A stretch of 64,000 bases of DNA from Candidatus Portnoybacteria bacterium (GCA_028688325.1 JAQTYI010000004.1:8638-72637), one strand, 5' to 3'; counted from the stretch's first letter, positions 20,101 to 29,372 are shown. The notes: a model not told the origin generated them from the sequence alone. Numbers and translations are program-made.

Positions 20101-20114
20101 CCCTCCCTCTCCGC
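20101..20114. repeat. 14-bp direct repeat of the tRNA-Ser 3' end (ccctccctctccgc), att-like
   Basis: Identical to 19756-19769. Confidence 0.55.
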
Positions 20115-20240
20115 CAGATGTCCAAGTTATAACCGAGGTAAAATAAGGGATTTTGACGATTGAAAAGCTGGTATCCGTAAAGATGTCGGTTTTTCAATAA
20201 TACTTATCAATAGCAAAGAAAATTGGTATAATAGAGTCAT

Positions 20241-21413
20241 ATGAATGGAAGTCAAAAACATCTAAATCATATAGACGCCATTAATCTTGGGTCATATTAT
20301 ACCCCAGGTATTATTGTTGATTTGGCTTATTCTATTTTGCAAAAAAATATCAAAGATATTAAAGATTTTTCAATATTAGATTCTTCTTGTGGTTACGGTT
20401 CTTTTTTGATAAGAAACAACATTGTGAAAAGATTGATTGGAGCCGATATCGATCAAAAAGCCATTTCTGAAGCAAAAAAAATAATTAGCGGAGTTGATTT
20501 TATCTGTCAAAATTCTCTTTTGAATGTTAGTCGTTCAAGTTTAATGATTAAGAATGATGAAAAAATTATAACCATAGGAAATCCTCCATATAACGATACA
20601 ACATCTATAATTCGTAATTCCATTAAAGATACTTCCATTCAGGATAAAATCGATGCCGACATAAAAACTAGGGATTTAGGCATGTCATTTTTATTGTCTT
20701 ACGACAAACTAAAAGCGGATTATGTTTGTGTTTTGCATCCTTTATCATATTTAATCAAAAAAGCCAATTTTGCCCTGCTTTCAAAATTCGCTAAAAATTA
20801 TAAATTAATTGACGGAATAATCATAAGCAGTCACGAATTTTCTGATACTTCTCGCGGAATGGCTTTTCCGATCTTGATCGCCCTTTATGAGAGGGATGAA
20901 AAAGGAATGGACTATAATTATATTCAAAATTATCAGTTCAAGGTGAAGGACGATGGTATTTTCCGTCTAAAGGATTTTGATACTATAGTCAACTATGTTC
21001 AAAAATATCCAAATAAAAAATTTTTAAATAAAAATGACAAGCCAGTAGCAAGGTTTTGGACTTTGAGAGATATAAATGCACTTAAACGAAACAGGACTTT
21101 TATTGATGAAGATACTTATAATACCGTTTATGTGTTAATGGAAAAATTGCCCTATTATTGCTACATCGATATTTTCAAACAATATACAGATAGAATGCCT
21201 TATTTCATTGGCAATTGTGATGTGATAATTGATAATGAAAAATTCGGAAAAATAAAGGAGTGCTTTATTGCCCAAAGCGTTCACACAAATCCGGTATTAA
21301 GAAATAAGTTTAGGTTTAGAGAAATTCCGGATGCAAAATTTAAAATAGATAACTATTTTAAAGAGTTGTTAGAAAATAAATTTGGAAAAAAACATGCCGC
21401 AAATTTTAATTAA
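20241..21413 (+). CDS. N6-adenine DNA methyltransferase, gamma class (YTP...FxGxG...NPPY), with C-terminal target-recognition region
   Basis: LGSYYTPGIIVDL; ILDSSCGYGSFL (motif I); GNPPY (motif IV); very AT-rich. Confidence 0.7.
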   Translation: MNGSQKHLNHIDAINLGSYYTPGIIVDLAYSILQKNIKDIKDFSILDSSCGYGSFLIRNNIVKRLIGADIDQKAISEAKKIISGVDFICQNSLLNVSRSSLMIKNDEKIITIGNPPYNDTTSIIRNSIKDTSIQDKIDADIKTRDLGMSFLLSYDKLKADYVCVLHPLSYLIKKANFALLSKFAKNYKLIDGIIISSHEFSDTSRGMAFPILIALYERDEKGMDYNYIQNYQFKVKDDGIFRLKDFDTIVNYVQKYPNKKFLNKNDKPVARFWTLRDINALKRNRTFIDEDTYNTVYVLMEKLPYYCYIDIFKQYTDRMPYFIGNCDVIIDNEKFGKIKECFIAQSVHTNPVLRNKFRFREIPDAKFKIDNYFKELLENKFGKKHAANFN

Positions 21414-22155
21414 AAAAGACGAACATAAAATAAAAATACCAATTTTATTAACTGCTGTTAGTGGAAAAATTCGCATTAAAAACCGATCAATTTTGAATGA
21501 ATACGGAACGCCAGTTGCAGTTAAAAGAGATGGTTTCTTATTAAGCAATTATGTCGAGTGGCAAATTGGCTACGATGTGGTTAAAAAGGAAACAGAAAAG
21601 CTCGCAGAGTCATCACTACCCGAAACTGAATTTATTGGGGCAAATGGAAAGGTCAAGGCGCTTTATGAATTGTCAGAGTATATCTGGTATTTTTATAAAT
21701 GGAACATTATCACCAGAGAAGAATTAGAGAGCGTTATCGCTTATCTTGATTCGATACAAGACCAGAATTTAATTGATAATAATTCCGAGTTGCAAATTGA
21801 CCGCAGTCATCCAATTGAGAAAAATATAAATGGATTTGATTTTGAATATACTCAAGTTAAATACCCTCTATTGATTTACAAATTTAATGGATACGAAATT
21901 ATTACCGAAATAAAAATTACCGAAAAGCAATATGCGGTTGGCACACAGCCAATGTTGTATTTATGTTTTCCAATCACAGAGTTAAAATCAGAAGTTAATT
22001 TAATTGGACGATGCGCCGAAATAAAAGAAATTGCCTATTTTGAAATTTCGGAAAGTAATATTAAAGTATTTTTGGAAATGCTAAAAATGTTTGGCATTTT
22101 ATCTAAAAACCACAAACACGATATTCTACAGATTATTAATACGATTTTAGAATAA
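21382..22155 (+). CDS. Hypothetical protein overlapping the methyltransferase by 32 nt; candidate restriction endonuclease or partner
   Basis: Operon overlap; AT-rich; possible D...EIK nuclease-like motif (weak). Confidence 0.4.
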   Translation: MEKNMPQILIKKDEHKIKIPILLTAVSGKIRIKNRSILNEYGTPVAVKRDGFLLSNYVEWQIGYDVVKKETEKLAESSLPETEFIGANGKVKALYELSEYIWYFYKWNIITREELESVIAYLDSIQDQNLIDNNSELQIDRSHPIEKNINGFDFEYTQVKYPLLIYKFNGYEIITEIKITEKQYAVGTQPMLYLCFPITELKSEVNLIGRCAEIKEIAYFEISESNIKVFLEMLKMFGILSKNHKHDILQIINTILE

Positions 22156-22306
22156 TCCCAACAAGGAGTTTAATCGCTCTTTTTTGTTTACACAATAATA
22201 TTTTATTTACCCCGTATAAATAAGGCCTTTGGCGAGGATAGAAAATAATTACTAAGTCGCAGTAGGTAATTTAACGCAACCGGCAGGCGATACTATTTAA
22301 CGGGGT

Positions 22307-22510
22307 TTACTTTTTATATTCCAAAATATCTCCGGGCTGGCATTCAAGCGCCTTGCAAATCGCTTCCAGCGTTGATAACCGGATCGCTTTTGCTTTGCTG
22401 TTTTTCAAGACGGAAATGTTGGCCAGCGTGATGCCGACTTTATCGGCGAGCTCGGTGACGCTCATTTTGCGCTTGGCCAGCATCACATCGATGTTGATGA
22501 TAATTGCCAT
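22307..22510 (-). CDS. XRE-family HTH transcriptional regulator (YozG-like)
   Basis: MSVTELADKVGITLANISVLKN helix-turn-helix. Confidence 0.75.
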   Translation of the reverse strand: MAIIINIDVMLAKRKMSVTELADKVGITLANISVLKNSKAKAIRLSTLEAICKALECQPGDILEYKK

Positions 22511-22514
22511 ATGT

Positions 22515-23030
22515 TTAAACAGTTAAGTCGTTCTCTGATTTGATATCCACGGCGCCTTGCAGGGTTTTTTCAAACACAGCCGTCGCGGTGGCAATGACGA
22601 TAGAAATAAAAGTTGCCACAATGCACATGGCAATAAAACCCGCCGGGTCGTCATTTTCAGTAGGAGATATCCCATAGGATATCCTTATGTATAGCCCCGC
22701 CATTACAATTGAGGCGCTTAATACGATCGCGCAATATTTTATGGTCCGTAAAGCGTTCACGGCCGCCTGCGAGAACACTTTATTTTGCCCGATGTATCGG
22801 AGCAATTTAAACGCCTGATATAGCGCGATAAAAAACGGGATAGATGCCGCGTACCCGTACATAATGAACGGATCAGAGTAAATACTGAACAGGTCTAAGT
22901 TTACGGCTCTCCCCTCGGTCAAGGGAAATCGGATCATAATGGCTATTGCCACGATGCCGATGAGCACGATGACTGCCTGAAGAAATATTGTGGTTCGACT
23001 ACGCTCATCATAAATTGAGCTTTTTTTCAT
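22515..23030 (-). CDS. DUF2975-like membrane protein (usual partner of YozG-type regulator)
   Basis: 4 TM helices; conserved pairing with the small XRE gene. Confidence 0.55.
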   Translation of the reverse strand: MKKSSIYDERSRTTIFLQAVIVLIGIVAIAIMIRFPLTEGRAVNLDLFSIYSDPFIMYGYAASIPFFIALYQAFKLLRYIGQNKVFSQAAVNALRTIKYCAIVLSASIVMAGLYIRISYGISPTENDDPAGFIAMCIVATFISIVIATATAVFEKTLQGAVDIKSENDLTV

Positions 23031-23251
23031 AGTTGATTTCGGTTAGTAATAAATACAGCATAGCCCGTCGCTTATCGTTTGTCAATATATATTTATCGTT
23101 ATCTGTGGATAACCGCAATGCCAAAATAGACCGATTTTTCTTGTAAATACTTTATAGTTCGTGTATAATTTTATATATACAATTAAAATCAAACTTCGAG
23201 ACATCGCAGGCACCCGCGTTAAAAGTCATTAAATAATCAATAATTCATACT

Positions 23252-23425
23252 ATGAAAAAATTTCTGCAGTATTTTGTTATAGAATTCATAATTATTTTCG
23301 CAGTCGGTTCAACAGGATATTGGATATTGGGGGCGCCTTTTGATGTCAATCAAATCCTTTTTGTATCTTTGGTTTCCGGCGCAATCATAGCTTATGCCAT
23401 GCTTGCGTTGCAGAAGCATAATTGA
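23252..23425 (+). CDS. Small membrane protein (57 aa, not in ORF track)
   Basis: Own translation MKKFLQYFVIEFIIIFAVGSTGYWILG... Confidence 0.3.
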   Translation: MKKFLQYFVIEFIIIFAVGSTGYWILGAPFDVNQILFVSLVSGAIIAYAMLALQKHN

Positions 23426-23444
23426 CGGGGAATTAGTAAGGAGT

Positions 23445-23741
23445 ATGAGAATATTGCTCAAAAAACCTGGCGCCTGGCTGCCGATAGCAATGTCGCTGGC
23501 CATGCTGGCGTATATTCTAATTTACATCGCGATGTTTGGCGTTTCCGCGCCCGATCCGAACGCTGATGAAGGCGCACCCGCGCGTGTTTTTCAGATATGG
23601 ATGGCCTTGGAGGCGCTGGCGGTGATATTTTTTGCGATAAAATGGCTGCCGCAAAAACCAAAACAAGCGTTGGCGGTGCTGGCGCTGCAGATAGCAGCTG
23701 CGCTTGCGCCTATAGCCATTATTTTCTTTTTGGAGTTATAA
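23445..23741 (+). CDS. Small membrane protein (hypothetical)
   Basis: SD taaggag before the ATG (MRILLKKPGAW); 3 TM helices. Confidence 0.45.
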   Translation: MRILLKKPGAWLPIAMSLAMLAYILIYIAMFGVSAPDPNADEGAPARVFQIWMALEALAVIFFAIKWLPQKPKQALAVLALQIAAALAPIAIIFFLEL

Positions 23742-23748
23742 TAAAGAT

Positions 23749-23901
23749 ATGAAATATCCTAAATTCACCAACCTGGCGGTATTTGTAATATTTTTCGGCA
23801 TCGCTTTGATAGAAGCCGTGCAGAAAAATAATTGGCTGGAAGCCGCACTGTTTTTGGCGCTGGGAGCATTGTCGCTTTGGGCCGATTTTAAGAAAAATTA
23901 A
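23749..23901 (+). CDS. Small membrane protein (50 aa, not in ORF track)
   Basis: Own translation MKYPKFTNLAVFVIFFGIALIE... Confidence 0.3.
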   Translation: MKYPKFTNLAVFVIFFGIALIEAVQKNNWLEAALFLALGALSLWADFKKN

Positions 23902-23905
23902 TATT

Positions 23906-24106
23906 ATGGCTGTAATCTTATTCGGCAAACCTTTGGCTTTTTGGCTGGGGTTTATAACTCTGGCGGTTTTTTGCTTGCAGCTTTATTCGGGCATCCGGAT
24001 GGCCAAGGGGCGTATTGAGCTCTTAAAATATCATAAAATAAACGCAGTCATACTTTCTTTGCTGGTTTTGACGCATATGTTTTTTGCCATAAGTTTGCAT
24101 CTATAA
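23906..24106 (+). CDS. Small membrane protein (66 aa)
   Basis: Two hydrophobic helices. Confidence 0.35.
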   Translation: MAVILFGKPLAFWLGFITLAVFCLQLYSGIRMAKGRIELLKYHKINAVILSLLVLTHMFFAISLHL

Positions 24107-24176
24107 TAATTAAATTCACCCGGTTAGATAATCGCTTTGCGATTCCTGCGTAGCAGGATTTAACGGGGTAAAAAAT

Positions 24177-24395
24177 ATGACTGATGAAACAAGTTCGTCT
24201 TCGTGCAAGTGCGGCAGCCACAAAAAGGTGAAATGCGGCGCCGGAGGCGGTGTTTACGGCCTGGCCTTTATCGGCGCGGCGGTCTATTATATCCAGCACG
24301 CGGACACATTTTGGATGGGAGCGCTGGGGATTCTGAAAGCCATTATTTGGCCGGCAATGGTTATTTATAAGGTTTTGGAATTTTTCGGGATGTAG
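24177..24395 (+). CDS. Small Cys/Gly-rich membrane protein (72 aa)
   Basis: CKCGSHKKVKCGAGGG followed by a TM helix. Confidence 0.35.
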   Translation: MTDETSSSSCKCGSHKKVKCGAGGGVYGLAFIGAAVYYIQHADTFWMGALGILKAIIWPAMVIYKVLEFFGM

Positions 24396-24508
24396 TTTCA
24401 AGGCAATTTAAGGCCATTTTAGGGCTCTGGCGCCGGTTTTTCCTTGTAAAACTGGCGCTGTTAGAGTATAATCGCAATGTCTGACATGCGTAATAATCTC
24501 ATAAAGAC

Positions 24509-24993
24509 ATGAATAAATCATTGCATCGTTCCCAAACCGACAAAATTCTGGCCGGTGTTTGCGGGGGGTCGCCGAGTATTTCGGTGTGGACTCAACCGTT
24601 GTGCGCCTGCTTTTTATTTTAGTCGTGGCGATAGGCGGTTCGGGCGTGCTTTTATATGCCCTGATGTGGCTTTTGATGCCAGCCGGTCCGAAAGAAGAGG
24701 CCTTGATAACAGAAGAAAAGATAAAAGAGTTCGCCGGCGAGCTAAAAGACAAAGCGCAGGAATTCAAAGAGGAAATAGCCAAGCGCCATAACGACGCCGA
24801 CGGTCATCGCCACAACGGTCACGGGGCTTGCCGCCATAATTTTTTCGGCTGGTTTTTGCTGATCCTGGGCATTGCTTTTTTGCTAAATAATTTTGTGCCC
24901 TCTTGGATGCGTTTGCAGATGTTGAAATTCTGGCCCCTGATACTGATAGCGGCCGCGGTCGTGCTTATCGCGAGGCCGGGAAAAGAAAAATAA
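24509..24993 (+). pseudogene. PspC-domain membrane protein interrupted by a -1 frameshift in a G6 tract (24563-24568)
   Basis: The N-terminal ...KILAGVCGG is in a different frame from VAEYFGVDSTVVRLLFILV...LLYALMWLLMP; restoring 7 G joins them. Confidence 0.5.
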
Positions 24994-25005
24994 TATTTTG
25001 TGCCT

Positions 25006-25062
25006 GTCATTCTAAGGCCGTAGGGCGAAGATTCTAAGATCCTTCGCTTCGCTCAGGATGAC
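25006..25062. repeat. GTCAT-family element (short)
   Basis: tgtcattctaaggccgtagggcgaagattct...gatccttcgcttcgctcaggatgac. Confidence 0.65.
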
Positions 25063-25074
25063 AATTGATAAATT

Positions 25075-25482
25075 ATGAAAAAACTCATTGTTCTGATAAT
25101 CATTGTTCTGGCCGGTGGCTGGGCTTTGCAAAATTACACCAGCTTCAGGGCGATGGACTACGCCAAAGATTATTGGCAGAAAGTTGACTGGTCAAAAATA
25201 AATGTTTTTTCCAGAGACAAGGCGGTTCCCGATGCCAGCAAACAGCTCAATATTTTTATCAAAGAAAGCAAATTTACTCCTAATTTCAGCGCTGCCGAAT
25301 CGGGCATAAAAGCAACCTGGTTCAACGAGGATGATGAAAAACATACCGTAACGGGCGACAGCTGGGGCAGCGGCGAAATCGCGCCGGGCAAGGCATATAG
25401 CAAAATATTCAATGAAGCGGGAACCTATAAATACCATTGTTCTATACACCCAAGCATGACGGGGGAAATTATAGTTAAATAA
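25075..25482 (+). CDS. Cupredoxin (type-1 blue copper protein, plastocyanin/azurin family) with signal peptide
   Basis: YKYHCSIHPSMTGEIIV C-terminal Cu-ligand motif. Confidence 0.7.
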   Translation: MKKLIVLIIIVLAGGWALQNYTSFRAMDYAKDYWQKVDWSKINVFSRDKAVPDASKQLNIFIKESKFTPNFSAAESGIKATWFNEDDEKHTVTGDSWGSGEIAPGKAYSKIFNEAGTYKYHCSIHPSMTGEIIVK

Positions 25483-25492
25483 AAAGATAATT

Positions 25493-25650
25493 GTCATTCC
25501 GAGCCCCGCATCCAAAATCATAGATTTTTGGTGCGGGATAAACTCCGCGAGGAATCTCGCGGGAGCGTAGCGACCCGCGCAACGGTCTCGCATACGCGAG
25601 AGATCCTTCACGGAGTTTATACTGAACGAAGTGAATGTGTTCAGGATGAC
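25493..25650. repeat. GTCAT-family element (full length); its right TIR contains the dnaG start codon
   Basis: Left end identical to 1486; right end ...gtgttcaggATGACc. Confidence 0.7.
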
Positions 25651-27505
25651 CAAAGCATTGGACGGAGTGATTGATCAAATAAAACAAAAACTCGATATTT
25701 TAGAAGTGTTGGGGGAATATATCAAACTCACCAAGGCCGGCCGGAACCATAAGGCGAAGTGCCCCTTTCATGCCGAGCGCTCGGCTTCCTTTATGGTTTC
25801 GCCAGAGCGCCAGATTTGGCATTGTTTTGGGTGCGGCCTGGGCGGGGATATTTTCGGATTCGTGATGAAAATAGAGGGCGTGGAATTTGGCGACGCGCTG
25901 CGTCTTTTGGCGCGGCGAGCCGGCGTGACATTGAAAAAACAGGATCCGCAGGTCCAATCGCAAAAAAAGCGGCTATACGATATTTGCGAGCTGGCCGCCA
26001 AATTTTTTGAAACGCAATTGCATAAAACCGCAGCGGGTAAAAAAGCGTATGAATATCTTGCCGAACGGGGAATGAAGGCACAAACAATAAAGGACTGGCG
26101 GCTGGGTTGGGCACACGATGATTGGCGCGCGTTGGGAGATTTTTTGAAAAGCAGGGGATACAAGGAGGATGAGATAGAAACAGTCGGGTTGATAATCAAA
26201 AAAGATTATAACTCCCCCCAACCCCCCATTAATTTAAGAGGGGGTGAGCGGAGCGGGGGGGCGTTAGGCCATTATTATGATAGATTCAGGAGTAGAATAA
26301 TTTTTCCGATTGCAGACAGCCAGGGCCAGGTGATAGCGTTCGGCGGCAGGATATTCGGCGAGGCGGCCAAAAAAGAAGATGTGGCCAAATATCTCAATTC
26401 GCCCCAGACCCCGCTTTATGATAAAAGCAGCGTTCTTTACGGATTGAACAAGGCCAAAAACGATATCCGCGTCAAAGACCAATGTGTTATAGTCGAAGGG
26501 TATATGGATTTGATAATGTCGCACCAGGCCGGCATTGCCAACGCGGTGGCGTCTTCCGGCACGGCCTTGACCGAAAACCATCTGGCAATTATTGGTCGCT
26601 ATGCTAAAACCCTGGCTATGGCGTTCGATTCGGACGAGGCCGGCGGTATGGCCACGCGCCGCAGCATCGATCTGGCGCTGAGGCGGGATTTCAATGTCAA
26701 AGTCATATTGATGGATGAAAAAGATCCGGCCGATATCGTCAAAAAGGATCCGGCGGAATGGCCGAAATTGATAGAAAACGCCCAGAGCATAATGGATTTT
26801 TATTTCACTTACGCTTTTGCCAAGCGCGACGCCAAATCGGTTGAAGGCAAGCGCGAGATAAGAAAAATCTTATTGACAGCCATAAAATCCATCGCCAGCA
26901 AGACCGAGCAGGGCGAATGGATAAACGAATTGGCGCGCCGTTTGCGCGCGGACGAGCGGGACCTTTTGGCCGATATGAAGAAAATAAAATTGGAAACGCC
27001 GGAGGATTATGGCGGCGCGCCAAACAGCGAACCCGCGCAGATTATCGCCAAATCCCGGCTTGAGGGGCTCGAAGAAAGATTTCTGGGGTTGTGTCTGAGC
27101 CATCCGAAACATTTTTCCGAGATCACCGCTGACGAAAGCGACTTTCATAATGACGATTTGGCGCAAATTTTTAAAGGGTTAAAGAAGCTGTCGGGTAAAA
27201 AAGAAGGCAATGAGCTGCTGGTGTCGCTCCGTAAAGAATTAAAGCCGGAATTGCAGATAAAGATCGACTACCTCATATTCCAGATTGAGCAGCACGAGAG
27301 GGACGAAAAAGACATCATCGCGGAAATCGCTTCTTGCATCCTGGAACTTAAGCTTTTGCGGTTAAGGAATAAATTGACGGCCTTGAGCTTTGACATCAAA
27401 GACGCCCAGCAAGGCAAAGATAAAAATAAACTGGGAAAACTTTTAAAACAATTCGATCAGACATCTTCCGATTTAAACAGCATAACAAACACAGATGCCA
27501 GGTAG
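25646..27505 (+). CDS. dnaG: DNA primase DnaG with an in-frame poly-C element insertion
   Basis: CPFHAERSASFMVSPERQIWHCFGCGLGGD zinc-binding; TOPRIM EGYMDLI...DSDEAG. Confidence 0.85.
   Translation: MTKALDGVIDQIKQKLDILEVLGEYIKLTKAGRNHKAKCPFHAERSASFMVSPERQIWHCFGCGLGGDIFGFVMKIEGVEFGDALRLLARRAGVTLKKQDPQVQSQKKRLYDICELAAKFFETQLHKTAAGKKAYEYLAERGMKAQTIKDWRLGWAHDDWRALGDFLKSRGYKEDEIETVGLIIKKDYNSPQPPINLRGGERSGGALGHYYDRFRSRIIFPIADSQGQVIAFGGRIFGEAAKKEDVAKYLNSPQTPLYDKSSVLYGLNKAKNDIRVKDQCVIVEGYMDLIMSHQAGIANAVASSGTALTENHLAIIGRYAKTLAMAFDSDEAGGMATRRSIDLALRRDFNVKVILMDEKDPADIVKKDPAEWPKLIENAQSIMDFYFTYAFAKRDAKSVEGKREIRKILLTAIKSIASKTEQGEWINELARRLRADERDLLADMKKIKLETPEDYGGAPNSEPAQIIAKSRLEGLEERFLGLCLSHPKHFSEITADESDFHNDDLAQIFKGLKKLSGKKEGNELLVSLRKELKPELQIKIDYLIFQIEQHERDEKDIIAEIASCILELKLLRLRNKLTALSFDIKDAQQGKDKNKLGKLLKQFDQTSSDLNSITNTDAR
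26212..26261. repeat. Poly-C/poly-G hairpin element, in frame in dnaG (encodes SPQPPINLRGGERSGGAL)
   Basis: ctccccccaaccccccattaatttaagagggggtgagcggagcggggggg. Confidence 0.7.
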
Positions 27506-27624
27506 TGAAAATTCGACTGTTTATGCAAGAACTGAGAATTTTAATTACTTGGTAAAAAATAGAAAATTGAGATAGTAATTAATCATAAGAATGATTAATT
27601 ACTTGTTGAATTTCTACTACCTGG

Positions 27625-28845
27625 ATGTCAAAAAATAAAAAACGGCTCGGAAAAAAGAAAAAAATTAAAAAAGTGGCCAAAAAGAGTGCGAGAAAAACTA
27701 AGAAAAAAAAGGCCGCCAAAAAAGGCAAAATAAAAAGAACCAAACGGGCTCAAAAAGCGCTGTTTTCCGATGAGCGGGTGAATCTTTTCATCAACCGAGG
27801 CCGTCAAAGAAGTTTTGTCACTGAAACCGAGCTCATTCATTTTTTCCCCCATATTGAATTTGACATCGAGGGGCTGGAAGAATTATACCGCAAGTTGGAG
27901 TCCGCTAATATCAAGGTTGTTGAAGCGGGTCAATTAATAGAAAAACCGTCTTCGCCGGATGATAAGCCGGTAAAAACGGCGAAAGACAGGGACTCGCTGC
28001 GCGGCTCGGAGCATACAGTTTTGGATTCGGTGCAGATGTATCTGCGCGAGATAGGGCGGGTGCCGCTGTTGAAATCCGAAGAAGAAATAGAATTGGCCAA
28101 GCAAAATGAAAAGGGCAATGAGGCGGCCAAGCAGCGCTTGACCAGCGCCAATTTGCGCCTGGTGGTTTCTATCGCTAAAAGATATGTGGGCCGCAGCCCG
28201 AATCTGACTTTATTGGATCTGATACAAGAGGGGAATATCGGGCTTTTTAAGGCCGTGGAAAAATATGATTGGCGCCGGGGATATAAATTCTCAACTTATG
28301 CCACCTGGTGGATTCGTCAAGCCATAACGCGCGCGCTGGCGGACCAGTCGCGCACCATCCGCATTCCCGTGCATATGGTGGAGACAATTTCCAAATACAC
28401 GCAGGTCAAGCGCCGTCTCTTGCAAGATCTGGGACGCGAGCCCTTGCCGGAAGAGGTGGCGATGGAAATGGGCATCGAAGTTGAAAAAGTCCGCCAGATA
28501 ATGAAAATTTCGCAAGAGACGGTTTCTCTGGAAGCGCCGGTGGGCGGAGACGAAGAGGATTCAACGCTGGGAGAATTCATTGAAGATGAAAAAACCATTT
28601 TACCGCATCACTCGGCCGCGCGCCGCTTGCTGAAAGAGCAACTGGATAATATTTTAGTTGACCTGGCGCCGCGCGAGCAAAAAATTCTAAAAATGCGCTT
28701 CGGCCTGGAAGACGGAGTAACGCACACCCTGGAAGAAGTGGGCAAAGAATTTGGTGTTACTCGCGAGCGCATCCGACAGATCGAAGCCAAAGCGCTCGAT
28801 AAGATTCGCATGCACGGCAGCTCTAAAAAATTAAAGGGATATTAA
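27625..28845 (+). CDS. rpoD: RNA polymerase sigma-70 factor RpoD with lysine-rich N-terminal extension
   Basis: Regions 1.2-4 conserved ([18 protein letters not shown]; [17 protein letters not shown]). Confidence 0.88.
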   Translation: MSKNKKRLGKKKKIKKVAKKSARKTKKKKAAKKGKIKRTKRAQKALFSDERVNLFINRGRQRSFVTETELIHFFPHIEFDIEGLEELYRKLESANIKVVEAGQLIEKPSSPDDKPVKTAKDRDSLRGSEHTVLDSVQMYLREIGRVPLLKSEEEIELAKQNEKGNEAAKQRLTSANLRLVVSIAKRYVGRSPNLTLLDLIQEGNIGLFKAVEKYDWRRGYKFSTYATWWIRQAITRALADQSRTIRIPVHMVETISKYTQVKRRLLQDLGREPLPEEVAMEMGIEVEKVRQIMKISQETVSLEAPVGGDEEDSTLGEFIEDEKTILPHHSAARRLLKEQLDNILVDLAPREQKILKMRFGLEDGVTHTLEEVGKEFGVTRERIRQIEAKALDKIRMHGSSKKLKGY

Positions 28846-28870
28846 CAGTTTTTAGTTTGTAGTTTTTAGA
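28846..28870. repeat. CTAAAAAC-family repeat (direct copy with 29373-29404)
   Basis: acagtttttagtttgtagtttttag. Confidence 0.55.
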
Positions 28871-28874
28871 AATT

Positions 28875-29369
28875 ATGATAGTTAATATCTTATTAATTTG
28901 CATAATCGTGATTTTGTTGACGGCGGCTTTTTTGTTTACAATTTTGCCATTGGTCGTTCCGGGAATTATTTTTACGATCGCAGCCGCCCTGATACTGGTT
29001 TTCTGGAAAGGAATGGCGGCGCTCGGCATTTGGAATTTAGCCGTGATCTTATTGATGGGCGTCCTTTATTTTTCTTTTGACTGGCTCGGTGGAGCGCTGG
29101 GCGCCAAGAAATTCGGCGGTTCAAAATATGGGGTCTGGGGCGCGATTATTGGTGGAATTCTGGGAATTCCCCTGGGCGGATTACCGGGAGTTATCTTGGG
29201 CACAGTGATTGGCGCGGCGGTTTTCGAACTTCTGTTCAATAAAGAAAAATTCGGCCAGTCGTTGAAGATCGGTTTTGGAGCGGGCCTTGGTTTTGTTTTA
29301 GGCACCTTTGGCAAAGTAATTTTGGTGATAATAGCGACAATCTCATTCGTTTCAGGCGTTTGGAAATAA
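28875..29369 (+). CDS. DUF456-family membrane protein
   Basis: Gly-rich 4-TM pattern GAIIGGILGIPLGGLPGVILGTVIGAAV. Confidence 0.55.
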   Translation: MIVNILLICIIVILLTAAFLFTILPLVVPGIIFTIAAALILVFWKGMAALGIWNLAVILLMGVLYFSFDWLGGALGAKKFGGSKYGVWGAIIGGILGIPLGGLPGVILGTVIGAAVFELLFNKEKFGQSLKIGFGAGLGFVLGTFGKVILVIIATISFVSGVWK

Positions 29370-29372
29370 ATA

